A stretch of DNA of 63,113 nt, the filler included, from Reclinomonas americana ATCC 50394 (taxonomy: Eukaryota), in the NCBI GenBank assembly GCA_048213135.1. It is 7 parts of 5 records of this genome, joined end to end, with 100 filler letters (N's around TTAATTAATTAA, not from the genome) between each part and the next. Parts side by side here need not be neighbours in the genome. Positions count along the whole stretch, not along the records: positions 26,566 to 43,007 come from PS015656.1; positions 43,108 to 50,692 come from PS015657.1; positions 50,793 to 58,792 come from PS015658.1; 4 more parts are not named here. The stretch is one strand, 5' to 3'. This document shows, piece after piece, positions 39,601 through 51,925 of this stretch. Each line of letters opens with the position of its first letter. Position 1 is the first letter of the stretch. The notes under the pieces were generated by a model. It was not told where the DNA came from and did not search any database. It saw only the letters and a list, made by a program, of their open reading frames with translations. A program made the position numbers and the translations under genes.

Positions 39601-42600
39601 GTTCATGAACTGCAGCAGCGTTGGTGAGTCTGGTGGCAGCGTGCATTCAAGTTGTCCCCGGCTTGCACCTCCCTGACATTTGCTTGTATGGTCGCAGATG
39701 AAACGCTACTGGCAGCTTCGTTCAACCAAACCACGTCCGCGCCGTCTGTCGTGCAAGTGAACTCGACACAGCTGCCGCTGTGCGTGTACTGGGATACCGC
39801 CGCCAAGGCGTATTCGACATCTGGCGTGCAAACTCTGCTCTTTGTCAATGCGATGAAACCGGGCGTGTTGCCGACGGTTTGTGACTCGTGTGGTGGTGTT
39901 GTCGATGGTTCTTGCTTGATGGCGACTGACATACTGTGTGACGTCAACGCTGCAGGTCACCCGTGTGCGCTGCGCGTCCTCACATCTCACGCAGTTCACT
40001 GTGGACATGGCGAGCTTGCTGAAACCTCAGTTCAACTTTGCCAATCCGGCCGATGCTGCGCTGCTTTTGAAGCAGAGCATGTTCACGAGCCCCACATTCT
40101 TCCTGCTGTGCGGCATCCACGTGGCCTACATTGTGTTGTTTGTGCTGGTGTGGAAGTGGGATGCTATCCGCGACAAGAAGGTGGAGTTTGTCAATCAGTG
40201 TGACCTCTTTCACTCCCTCCATCGTCATGTCACTGTGGCTCAACCGCTTTCATCGTGGCAAACAGGACGAAGAGTTGGCTGCTCGGAGAGCGGAAACCGA
40301 CAAGCTGATGACACGCATCCGCGCAGAGTTGGGAAGTGTGGAGGCGCAGGCGCAGCTTGCTCGAACCAAGTCGATTCTTTCGAAGACGATGCAAGCCGTG
40401 GAACGGTCGGCGACCATGACATGGGGGGCGGTGAGTTTACTCGCTTTCGGTGTGCGACTGGAGGCGGCGCGTCTCACATGCTTTCTTCTTGTTCTGGTGG
40501 CGCAGCTGGTCGGTGAAAAACGCCAGAGCATAGTTGAGTGCGGGTTGCGACTTTGACTCGTGGCGGCAATAGCCGATACTGACCATGATGGTATATGCAG
40601 GGCGGCGAGGACGGAGAGCTGGACCGTGCCGACCGCAAAGGGCAGTCCTTTACGCATTGGTCAGACGACTCGCAGGAGGGCGCGTCGTACTTGGCCGACA
40701 TTCCCACTGTCGATGAGGAAGAGGACTACGGCTTTGACGACGACAGTGGCGTCGCATACGGCTCGCGACGCCGTTCACTGAGTCTCCCGGATCTGGTGCG
40801 CTTCTTGTTAACATTCCAACCGAGCTTCTTCTACATGACCTGCTAATATGGACTCGTGCACAGCAACTGAGCGTCGTGATGCTTCGTCCGAGTGATGCAC
40901 CAAAGGTATGTTGTTGAGTGAAAGACTGCTTGCGTGTGTTCAAGCGTAACTCCCTCTCTCGGTGCAGATGTCGCACAAGCAGTCTCGGCAGGAGGATCGC
41001 ATGGTGCACGGTGACCGTCCAGCGCCAACGCCCGCAGCTGAGGTGCAACCCGCAGTCACGGAGCCTATTGTGCAAGCGCTTACTGCAGCTGGACTGACGG
41101 CACATCGTAATCACGGTTCAATGACACCGACTCGAGCGCAAGCGAGAGCAACTGTGCCGGTTGACGTGGTCCCCGTCGAGGCAGTAACTGATGCCGAAGC
41201 TGATGTTGAAGGAATTACGATTCCAGACATCCCTACAACGGTACTCTTTCTCGTTCTCTCTCCGTTGTTATGTGGATTATTACTTACTTGTCCGATGCAG
41301 GGACTCACGTTGGAGCTTGGATCGGTCGGGGAAGATGGCCCGCAAAAGGTTCGCAACTGCCTACCTACGATGGCTTCCATTGCGTGCTCCGTGTACTTAT
41401 CGCGGCTAATCATCAGAGACACGGTCGCGACAAGTCGCACAGCAAGAAAAAGAAGAGAAGAACAACGGCTGCAGTAGAAGCACCTGCAGAGGCTGCCAAG
41501 CCAGTGGACTTGTCGAGCCCGGTGCTGTCGTTCCACGACNNNNNNNNNNNNNNNNNNNNNNNNNNNNNNNNNNNNNNNNNNNNNNNNNNNNNNNNNNNNN
41601 NNNNNNNNNNNNNNNNNNNNNNNNNNNNNNNNNNNNNNNNNNNNNNNNNNNNNNNNNNNNNNNNNNNNNNNNNNNNNNNNNNNNNNNNNNNNNNNNNNNN
41701 NNNNNNNNNNNNNNNNNNNNNNNNNNNNNNNNNNNNNNNNNNNNNNNNNNNNNNNNNNNNNNNNNNNNNNNNNNNNNNNNNNNNNNNNNNNNNNNNNNNN
41801 NNNNNNNNNNNNNNNNNNNNNNNNNNNNNNNNNNNNNNNNNNNNNNNNNNNNNNNNNNNNNNNNNNNNNNNNNNNNNNNNNNNNNNNNNNNNNNNNNNNN
41901 NNNNNNNNNNNNNNNNNNNNNNNNNNNNNNNNNNNNNNNNNNNNNNNNNNNNNNNNNNNNNNNNNNNNNNNNNNNNNNNNNNNNNNNNNNNNNNNNNNNN
42001 NNNNNNNNNNNNNNNNNNNNNNNNNNNNNNNNNNNNNNNNNNNNNNNNNNNNNNNNNNNNNNNNNNNNNNNNNNNNNNNNNNNNNNNNNNNNNNNNNNNN
42101 NNNNNNNNNNNNNNNNNNNNNNNNNNNNNNNNNNNNNNNNNNNNNNNNNNNNTGCGTGCGGTGCCAGTCGGTCAGCGGTGCTTCGTTCTTACATTGTGGT
42201 CGGTGGTGTGCAGTCGTCGCGTCGCCGGCGTCAAGCGCGCAGAGCCCGAATCATGCGCCAGCTGGCCACTACTCGTGCGAAGAATGCACCGGCTCATGAC
42301 CCAACGGCACTGCATGACATGATGGTCGGCGGCGCAGCAAGTGGTCCGGGCATTGCTGAAGCGGCGGTCCGCAAGCGAGTTGCGCCGTTGATCGTGAGTG
42401 CGCCCAATAATATCAATGTGACTCTCACCATGTCGCGTGCAACAGAACAAGGTGGCGTTACATCGCTTCCAGGAGATTGTACGCAAGGCATGTGTGCACG
42501 CAGCGGGAGTTGGTAATATGACGTGATGAGGTGATGAGCTCATTATGTTCTATATCCTTGCTGTGCACCAGGTTATTGTGTTGAACAAGTCGCGTGGCCC

Positions 42601-45092
42601 TCTGCGGCGCATGTGGGATCGAACCAAGGAGTTGAGCACGCAGCACACGTGGGTGGCTGCAATGCGCGATCAGCGCACAGACACCATGCGTCGCACACAG
42701 AAGCTAACGGTTGCGTATGGGTCAGCACTGAACCGCTATTCTTGAACTGCCTGTCTCACAGCATGTCATTTGTGGCAGGTGCTGTGGCTCGGCCTGCTGA
42801 TGTGCTGCTGGGTGAACACGCTGATGATCTCGGGAGTCGCGATTGACAACTTTGGTCTGGCTCTCTTCCGTGCTCTCTGGCGTGCGCTGACTGGTAAGTC
42901 TGTGATCGACCCCTCGCAGTCTGTGTGGCGCGTACTCACCCGTCGCATGGTGCAGGTGGATTGCTGGTCGTGCCGGTGGTGTTCATGGCCAGTCTGATGT
43001 TCATGCTNNNNNNNNNNNNNNNNNNNNNNNNNNNNNNNNNNNNNNNNNNNNTTAATTAATTAANNNNNNNNNNNNNNNNNNNNNNNNNNNNNNNNNNNNN
43101 NNNNNNNTGATGAGCAGCTGGAGCGCATCCGTCTGCGCACACTGGAGTGGATGCAGAACGATTTCCGTCGCTTCCTCAACGGCAGTGTAACTCCGATGGC
43201 GTGCCGCCGCACGCAAGACGAATTCAACAGCTGGTGGGCCAACGATGGTCTCAACAATCGAGGTGAGTGATAAAGTGAGCGTTGGCGACTGTACCGGCAA
43301 TAGGAGTCTCCAGGTGGGAACTCACAGAGAGTGTGTCGCACACAGAGAGCCTCATTCGCGTGATGGAGCAATTCTGGCCGGTGCGCATGGAGAAGGCCGA
43401 GTTGCAGCGCATCAAGGACTCGAGCGACTTTGTGTTTGTGGATCCGCCCGGAATGAAGAACAAGGACGGGTCGACGACCACACTGGATGTTGCGTGCGCT
43501 TGTCAGTTTGCGCAGGATTCTCATCAAAGGAAGTGATACGACGCACAACACACAGGATCTCTTTGCGGAGCCCGAGTCGCTACCGAGTTGCATCTTCCTC
43601 CGACCGGGCGTGTATCCGCCCATCACCATTCCGGCGAATTGTCGCACTCGTAGTGGTGCGCTCATTTTGATGGCGCACGAGCCGCAGATGGCAGTGGTGC
43701 AGGTGGAGAACTCGGAGGCATTGCCGCGGCAAGATCGTGTGGCGATTCGTGTCGGTATTGCCTCGCTACCGTTGCTGGAGCCTGCTGTACCTTCCCTGGA
43801 TGAGCCTTCAAGGAGTTCATCCAAGTACCGCATTCACCCCGAGTCCACGGTGCAGACAAGGTCGTCAGATGACACGGAGAACTCTCAACAGCGACTGCGG
43901 CAGCAAACTGCGACCAGTTCCTCCGGCGTGAATCACAACTCCACCGTCAACGCGAGTGACTTGAGCTTCCATCTCAGCAGCGGCCGCGGTTCTGACCGTT
44001 CGCACCATTACCTCGAATCTGCCGGATCTGTCATCGCCTGGAGCGAAGCTACTGCGTCCACCATGTCGGAATTGAGTGGCGCAATTTCATCTTATGGTGG
44101 CCTTGACCGGCTGATTGCTTGCCACGGTGACGGGCATGCCGACTTTGATCTGGAGCCGGAAACTCATCTATCCACTCCGCGCTCCTACTCGGAACGACAC
44201 GACGGCCGACATGCCGACAGCACGCAACATCTCCTGTTCCGACCCGTTTCCGAAGTGCATGTGGAGAATTTGGTTATCTCGCACGACACGCTGCTTGGTT
44301 ACGGACTCGGCGCAGAACTGTGCCCCACCAGCGAGCTGGCGGACCAATTGCAGCAGGCGGCAGGCAACAAGGACAGCGACGCGATTGGTGGACCCGATGT
44401 GCGTGCCAGTGCTGTGCATTACTTTCTTCGCTCTTTGACTGATTGCATGCTGCTGCGCACACAGAGTCGATTGCGCGCCACACCCGGTCGCGTGTTCTTC
44501 AACAAGAACGTGTTCACGAATTGTGTCAAGTCCATCCGCAACCCGAACCCGTTGCGTGGCGTGACGAGCCTCGAGACCAGCGGCAATGTCGTCAAGCGAC
44601 AAGTGCGACTGAAGGAGCCGGTGCCTCCGCAGTTCAAGGTATGGTGGACGCTGTCCGGGTTGGGTGCATTGCTGATTTCGATCCTGATCCACGTGCATGA
44701 CGCAGTCGTGGTGGGAGCACATGTTGTTTATGGTGCGACGACGCCAGTTGCCGTACAACTTGGTGTACGCCAACTACGTGGTGTGCGCATGTCTGGCGGC
44801 ATTGGTGACTTTCTTCACGCTGCTGACTGTGGCGGCGTACAAGGAGACACACCAGGATCGCGATGTGGTGAGTGGCGGAAGTGGGTGACGCGAATGAATG
44901 TGGTGCTGGGTCATCTCTGACCTTCGCACTGCCACACAGTTCCTGGGCGCATTGCTCGGCGATCTCGGCCACGCAGCAGTGATCGAACCACTGCGACTGG
45001 TGGTGTGGGAGATGGCACTGTGGGCGTTGGTACGCTGGCTCGGAGTCTACAAGGATACGTATCAGCAGCAGCCGGGTGACACGGATGTTTGA
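27646..45092 (+). CDS. Giant polycystin-1/REJ-like receptor: NHL repeats, Ig/IPT-like domains, ~15 cadherin-like repeats (one with a PA14-like insert), 2 FN3, REJ, GAIN/GPS, multi-TM; 5'-partial, gapped
   Basis: NHL: GYVDDVGSLAQFNNPNGLAID..VFVADT. Cadherin-like: IGTLSAVDAD..TYSVVGG...TVRATDLGG. FN3: VQDLVPVTQYQFAIRGGNSHGVG. REJ: NGAPTVEKFTVEPSSGVAFNTTF. GPS: CVYWD...CASSHLTQF, then a TM helix. PKD1-type membrane motifs: HTWVAAM..RTQKLTVLWL and IEPLRLVV. Stop at 45092. Confidence 0.8.
33656..35650 (+). repeat. Tandem (A-B)x3 duplication of two cadherin-like exons with their introns
   Basis: Exon A (PTDVLLSSTLYIP...FSLNE) at ~33656, 34333 and 35036. Exon B (NVPPTAVHVSS...LLIDE) at ~33991, 34683 and 35372. 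The copies are nearly identical at DNA level. Confidence 0.95.
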
Positions 45093-45209
45093 GAATGTAG
45101 AGCGAGGAAGTCGCCTGTTTTGCAGTGATTCAGCGTCAAAAATGGTGTTTGTTTTCTTCATTGTAGTTACGAGTTCTAACAGGGGACTGTTGCCCGCTTG
45201 TCAAGCAGC

Positions 45210-45890
45210 TTAGTGGTGACCCGCCGGGGCCGCACGCAGCGTCGGAGTCTTCGGTGACTTCGGTNNNNNNNNNNNNNNNNNNNNNNNNNNNNNNNNNNNN
45301 NNNNNNNNNNNNNNNNNNNNNNNNNNNNNNNNNNNNNNNNNNNNNNNNNNNNNNNNNNNNNNNNNNNNNNNNNNNNNNNNNNNNNNNNNNNNNNNNNNNN
45401 NNNNNNNNNNNNNNNNNNNNNNNNNNNNNNNNNNNNNNNNNNNNNNNNNNNNNNNNNNNNNNNNNNNNNNNNNNNNNNNNNNNNNNNNNNNNNNNNNNNN
45501 NNNNNNNNNNNNNNNNNNNNNNNNNNNNNNNNNNNNNNNNNNNNNNNNNNNNNNNNNNNNNNNNNNNNNNNNNNNNNNNNNNNNNNNNNNNNNNNNNNNN
45601 NNNNNNNNNNNNNNNNNNNNNNNNNNNNNNNNNNNNNNNNNNNNNNNNNNNNNNNNNNNNNNNNNNNNNNNNNNNNNNNNNNNNNNNNNNNNNNNNNNNN
45701 NNNNNNNNNNNNNNNNNNNNNNNNNNNNNNNNNNNNNNNNNNNNNNNNNNNNNNNNNNNNNNNNNNNNNNNNAGGAGACAGGGAAAGGGGGTGGTGAGGA
45801 AGAGGGAAGAGATGGGAGGAGGAGAGGGAGAGGGAGGTGGGGGGAGAGAGACTCACCGACATAACCAGCACCGACGCAGACGACCTTCAT
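45210..45890 (-). CDS. UGDH: Second UDP-glucose 6-dehydrogenase copy: first exon plus probable C-terminal tail, with the middle in a gap
   Basis: ATG at 45890 gives MKVVCVGAGYVG followed by the same intron. A terminal PKSPKTPTLRAAPAGHH* at 45210-45264 lies on the same strand; assigning it to this gene is inferred. Confidence 0.65.
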   Translation of the reverse strand: MKVVCVGAGYVGESLSPHLPLPLLLPSLPSSSPPPFPVSXXXXXXXXXXXXXXXXXXXXXXXXXXXXXXXXXXXXXXXXXXXXXXXXXXXXXXXXXXXXXXXXXXXXXXXXXXXXXXXXXXXXXXXXXXXXXXXXXXXXXXXXXXXXXXXXXXXXXXXXXXXXXXXXXXXXXXXXXXXXXXXXXXXXXXXXXXXXXXXXXXXXXXXXXXPKSPKTPTLRAAPAGHH

Positions 45891-46486
45891 GATGGGATGG
45901 GTTGTGGTAAAAAGAGGGAAGAGGGTTGTTGTTTGTTGTTGTTGTGTGAGTGGCTTTCGCTCTCTCGAAGACGTAAAGAGGCAAGTGTGAGCAAACCGAT
46001 GTCCAGCCTGCGGTTTTGTCCGGGAAAAAACGGAGAAAAACCGAAATCGGCTGCAGCTGGCTGTAAACGTATTCGAGCGTTTTTCTTCGGTGCAGTGGGT
46101 TTCGAACCGGAAGTGCTTGTGTAGGTGAGGGTGGTGGTGGTCATCATTAGGGGAAAGGCTGCCAAGCTGACGGTGGGCCGCCTGCTGCTGCTGCACGAAA
46201 AATGAGCATTCAGAAAAACCGGACAGATGGACAACATCGACATAGGCAACGGAGACTTGCAATTCGAACCTTCCAAGGTCACAGCCGTGTCTCCCTCTCC
46301 TACTAAACTGACGGCACCAGGCATTCTCGTCGCTTCGCCTCATGATCAAAAGAGGGTGGCGATTGAAAACAGAAAAAATACGACCTCCATTGAGAGTTGT
46401 CTCATGCAAATACTCGAGTGGAGACAGTGCGTTCCGTCAATAGTATTGTGTTCTTCTAGCTCATGATGGGGGCGCGGCCTGGGCAG
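45773..46486 (-). repeat. Near-identical duplicate of the KARS 3' end / UGDH promoter / UGDH exon 1 region
   Basis: 45773-46362 is the reverse complement of ~26565-27150 with a few SNPs and indels. 46363-46486 matches 26025-26146 directly. Confidence 0.92.
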
Positions 46487-46650
46487 ACGGTGCTAATTTC
46501 GAAATCTGACAACTCTGAAACCCGGCAGACAATTGGACGACAACGGGGGCGGGACACTCACCACCCTCTGTCTCTCTATCGTGAGACAAGCCCCACCTGT
46601 GTTGCTGTGTGCTTGTGTGTGTGTGCGCGTGCGTGCTGTGAGGTGCCGCA

Positions 46651-49600
46651 ATGAGTCAAGCACGAGCTCCGAGTGCTGCAGCGTCTGCACCACTCGTGTG
46701 GACAGGCAACTTGCCGGTGGAGATTATCGGCGTGGTTCGCAGCGCTCACCGTGTGTGTCTCGCAGCATGTGTTCACTGCTGACACTCATCCACTCGTTTG
46801 CGCTGTGTCGCTCCTCTTGCAGATTTCCTCATTCCTTGACATTGACGATGACTTTCCCCGCTTGTGGCGCACCTCGCAAGGCTTTTGCATGCTCATGCAA
46901 CAACACGTGCTGGTGGCACGTTTGCGGTTGTGTGAGCCTTTGCGCACAGGTCAGCAGTGGATGTGTGGACGCATGCGTGGTCGAATCGTCCAGGAAGTGC
47001 GTGCTTTGGCACAATGGGCCGTTTATCTTTGCGACTTTTTCCCGGACGTTGCCACGCTCTCTGTTGTCGTCAGTCAGGCAACATGTACCCGCATTGCGCC
47101 GTCAGTACCCACTCTGGCGTGTGCCCTCCAAGAAGCAGCCAAGAATGCGATTTCCCAATGCTATCAGTCGCGGCTGGACGAGCTGGTGGTGTGCGCCGAC
47201 GTTGCGCTGCTGGGGAGAGACGCGGCGCAGGCGGCACAAATCCTGGACACGGTGCAGCAGACGCGGCGCGTGCTTGTGTCGCCTGGCGTCACAATCCACC
47301 TCGACTGGAACGACGATCCGCGTTCGGCAGCTGCCATCTCGCACCTATTATGCGACACGTGGATGTCGGTGGCGGCAGAGAGTTGCGTTACCTCTGCTCT
47401 GCGACCACGAGACTCTCTTTGGAGAGGCACGCGCACACACGCTCTCTCTCTCTCTCTGCGAAGACGCGCTGTCTGCCTTGTTGTTCACTCTAGTGTTCAC
47501 GAGCACCTGGCACTGTGTGTGACCGTGTACCTTCCGCTGCAGGTGTCGCGAACCAAACCACGCTCGCTGTTGCGACTGCGGCGGCGGCTGGCGCTCCTCC
47601 GCCTCCGCCTGCTGGTGCAGTCGGGCTGCGGATCCTGAAATCGCGTCTGAGGGACGATTTACTTCGACAAGTCGGCACTTCCACAAGTCGCGCTGCCGTT
47701 GTCGCGCATGCACTGCAGCTCGGTGAGCTATGACTCGAGGCGACCCATCATATGCCATTCTCGCACGAGTTTTTGTTGAATGGGATCTGATGTGACAGTG
47801 CGTGCAAATGTGGCGGTTGGCCACAACGCTGGCGCTCTGGCTTGCGCGCTGGACGACCTGTGGATTGCCCGTGTGCCTGCTCGTTGTGATGGCGTGTGGG
47901 GCAGCCGCAGCACTGTGGAGCCTGTGAGCGTTGCATATTCAAGTGCCGACAGTGCGGTAGAGCCTCTCCTCCTTGGCTGCCTCGATGAACATGTTCAGCT
48001 GCGGCTGCACGGTGACGCCGGCTTCCTCCGACTCATACACGTCGTCTCATGTTGCGGCATTGCGTGTTCGTGTGTACCCGCATGTTGGTGCGTACACTGG
48101 CTCTTACCGTGCCGCAATTGCAGGGGTGCGCGAGCTTGGTTCAAAAATTCTCGACTCTCCAGAGGGATTCACTGCGATGCGACGTGCTGTCGAAGCGGTG
48201 TGCACTGCCGACATCGACATGCGATTTTCACATGAGGATCTGCGTTTGCTCTCGCGGTTCGTGTACGACGTGGTGGACATCATTGGACAGGCCCCGCATT
48301 CGCGCGGAATAGCACAGCAACAGACGCTGTTGCTTGTTGCGCGGTCCTTTACATATCGATGTTCGCGAGGCTTTCACGAGCGACCAGTGCGCACCGAACA
48401 AATTGCAGAGCTGTTGCCTGTGCTACTCATGGCCAGCCTGCCGAATACTGTATATCAGCTGGAATACGCCGACCAACGCGATTGGGCGTTTGTGTTGCTG
48501 AGTGCCATGGAGATGGACCTGTTTGACGCCACAAGCAGCTTGTGTACGCGAGCTGAGGATGCGCTGGTGGGCTTTTGCAAGTATTACATGGACGCAGGCG
48601 GCACCAAGGCGCCTCCGGGCTGCCTGGTGGTTGCTCTTCCCAGCTTGTTGGACAAGTGCGTGCACGATGGCCAGCTGGTCATCCCTGCACTGAGAAGTGT
48701 GCATAAGCTGATCTCCAGTTGCGTTCCCCACTTGTTCTGACGTGCATACGCGCCGTCTCACTCTATCAATTATATTGTCTGTGTGCGCGTTGATGCTACT
48801 CAGGCATTTCCGCACTGACGCCAGATCTCATGAGCACTCAAGGCAAACTTGTTTTGCAGCTCGCTGTTGAGCGTGGCTACTCGCTCTCGCGGCCAGATGC
48901 TGCACCAAGGGATGTTGATTTCGCACGCAAGTTTGCGCTGACTGTGGTCGGTGCTCTTGGCCAAGAAGTGTCGTCGCACGCGGCGGGTGTTCTCTGCGCA
49001 ACCGTGCGCTTTCTCATTCGCGAGTGTGCACTCGGCACTCCTGCGCTTCGACGACCCCTGCTCGACATTCTCTACCGTGCCAGTACGCCCGCTGCAGTCG
49101 CTCTGTTGACGACTGATGAGGAGGACGATCAGCAGCGGGCTTGGGTCGACCTCACACTGCGCACCATGGAAACAAGCGGATCACACGCTGAGCTTCATCA
49201 CAGCTGTGCCACGCACTGCTTATCCAACTTTGTGACACGGTTCTACGAGCACCACCCTGACAGTGGCGCTCCTGCGGCAGTCACGAGCGCTCTTCGTGGC
49301 ATGGTGGGCGACTGCTGCAACGCCAGCCGGGAGCCTGTACCGGTAGCCTTGCGACGCCTGCGCACTTTGCTTGCTCGTTGCGTTTTGCTGTGCTCTGAGC
49401 GTGCGCTAATGTTTTTTGTGACCATCGCCTTTCTCTTTTGTTGTCGCTCGCGTCGCAGTATGCCCAGCACTCATTCCAGCAGTCTCATTCCTCTGCGTAT
49501 CTGGCTCGCCCAACATTGTGCAACTGGCTGCGGAGTGCAGCATGTCACTCGAACATCGAGTTTCGGCATCGGCCGTGAGTGACCACAGCGAGGACGGCGA

Positions 49601-51598
49601 TGCTGTCCAGGAATTTGCATGCCAGTTTATCAATCACGTCGGCTCGAACACAGCACTGCACCAATGTCCGTCTGTGATGGAGGTGATGGGCGGCCTGGCA
49701 CAGTTCCTCACCCGTCAGTGTGTTACGCTTTGTGGCACCGATGATCGGCTGCTACAGTTGCGATACCACTTTCGCCTTCCGTTTGTGTTGGACCAGCTGC
49801 GGCGTGTTAGCGTTCCGGCAGTCGTGAGCTCGCTGACCGACGACGATCAACGAGCATGGGTGGAGGTCACCCTGCACTGTGTGCACACAATGGCGAATGG
49901 CGCGGGCATGTGGCCTTTGGCGCCGGCATGTCTCACCAAGTACATTCAATCGCGTGCGTCAGCAGCGCTGTCAATTCCGGCTCCTGTGCAGGAACTGCTT
50001 GTGAAACCAGTGTGGATATGCGGCTTGCTTGACCGCCTCAAGGAGAAGGAGGTGGCTCTCTGGCCATTGGTGACGCAGATCATGCGGACTCGCGATGCTC
50101 GACTGGGTTTCGTGAGCAATCTCCGTTTGGTGATCCTTTCATGTCTTCTCACTCGCTCACTCTGCAGTGCGAGGTGACGTTCGGCAGCGCATCAGCGAGT
50201 TGGTTCGCATGCAATACCAGGAACTGTGTTGCGAATGCGAGAGCCGTTCTGACGCAGCTGCGGCGGCCATGCACATCAGCAGTCATTCCATCTGCCAGCT
50301 TGCCGAGCTCCTTGTGGTTTCCAAGTACTTGTTCTCCGCTGCGCACAATCGCGAGTGGACGCAACTGATGCTGCGCACGGTGCCGCTCAATTCGCCCTCC
50401 AAAGCGAGAGCTGGCGCGGACCAGCGATGCAGTCTTGGGTTCGCCGCGCTGCATGCCGCACTGTCGCACAAGGATTCGATGCCGGCGGCTGATGCGGAGG
50501 CCGCCGACGAGTACCTGTTTTCTCTGGTCGGCGCACTGGTGGAGGCGCTTTCGTACACCGGGCCTGGTATGCGTTGAGGGAGAGGGAGGGGAAGAGGGAG
50601 AGGGAGAGGGAGAGGAGGGAGAGGGAGAGGGAGAGGGAGTGGGAGAGGAGAGGAGGAGGGGAAGGGAGAGGAGAGAGGAGAGGGAGAGGAGANNNNNNNN
50701 NNNNNNNNNNNNNNNNNNNNNNNNNNNNNNNNNNNNTTAATTAATTAANNNNNNNNNNNNNNNNNNNNNNNNNNNNNNNNNNNNNNNNNNNNAAAGACGG
50801 GCGTAGGCGAAAGAGAGCAGAACGTCACCAGCGTAGGTGACCATCTTGTTTTGCGTACTGAGTTGCGTTTTCTTTGTGCAACCAGGCACGGCGCTCATTG
50901 ATCTCGGCCTTGTTATCGACTACGTGGGCACACTGATGCTGGATGTTGTGCGTGCTATGAACGAAGCAATGAGGCTTTCTCGTCGAGGTATGTGTGCGCT
51001 CGCACGCGTATGTGTCACAGTGTTTCACCGTTCAATTGTTTTTTCCACAGTGCGGTCCCGTATGTGGCTTTTGCTGCGATGTATTCTCGATCCGGCAGCC
51101 GGTCGGCGGCGCCAAGTAGACGAGTACCTGAACATGAGAGTGCCCAACTCGCGGCCGTTGTGCGATCACACCGAGCAGATGCATGTCTCGGAGGTGCTTG
51201 GCCGTGCCTGTGCCGATGAGCTGGAGGAAGAGGAGGCGCATCCTGGTGGCCTCGACGTGGAGGTGCGGAGTGCGATTCTGTTTCTTCATGCGCCGTCGCA
51301 TGCCGATCGCGAGGAAGCTGATTTGCAGCTTGCGCTGCAGCAATCGATGCTGTCATTCGACGGGTATGAGGATCAAGATGACTTGGGTCGTGTGGCCTAT
51401 GGATTTGTTGACGATGTGATGATGGAGGAGGAGGAGGAGGAAGAGGAGGAGATGGAGATTGAGTTTGAGTTTAGTGATGATGACGACGGTGGTTCAGAAG
51501 GAGAGAGAGAAGTGGAGGAGGTGGAGGTGGAGGAGGATGAGGAGGAGGAGTTCGTCGCTGATAGGTCACCGGTTGCATCAGCGGAGTCAGTTCGATAG
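46651..51598 (+). CDS. F-box protein with long predicted helical-repeat region, UIM-like motif and acidic tail (paralog 1)
   Basis: The spliced N-terminus NLPVEIIGV|ISSFLDIDDDFPRLWRTSQGF is F-box-like. The C-terminus has EEADLQLALQQSM then poly-E/D. Spans a linker at ~50737. Confidence 0.7.
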
Positions 51599-51925
51599 AT
51601 AGTAGGAATGAAAGATTGTTTTGCTTGGCTTGTTGATCGCGTCTCAGTGTAATAATGAGGTTATGTCGTGCTGTGGATTGGACGCATCCAGCGACAAGCT
51701 ACAATCGCCAACTGGACTTGAACTACAGACGGATGGTCGGGCGGGTTCGAATTTGTTGTCTGCCGGGAAATGCTAACCTGGCGGGTGTATTCATTTGAAT
51801 TCACGCCATTGAGAGAGAGAGGAGAGAAAGGAGAGAAACAGGCTGACATTGACAGTTGTTGTCAGCTTGGTCGTGCAGGTGAGTAAGAAAGGAGTGCCAG
51901 CGTACAAAGTGGCTGCTTAGCGACC

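Noticed and set aside
42551..42560. Second ATATCCTT U12-like donor
   Set aside because: It lies just upstream of a CAG acceptor inside an ordinary intron, and no AT-AC join is needed for the frame.
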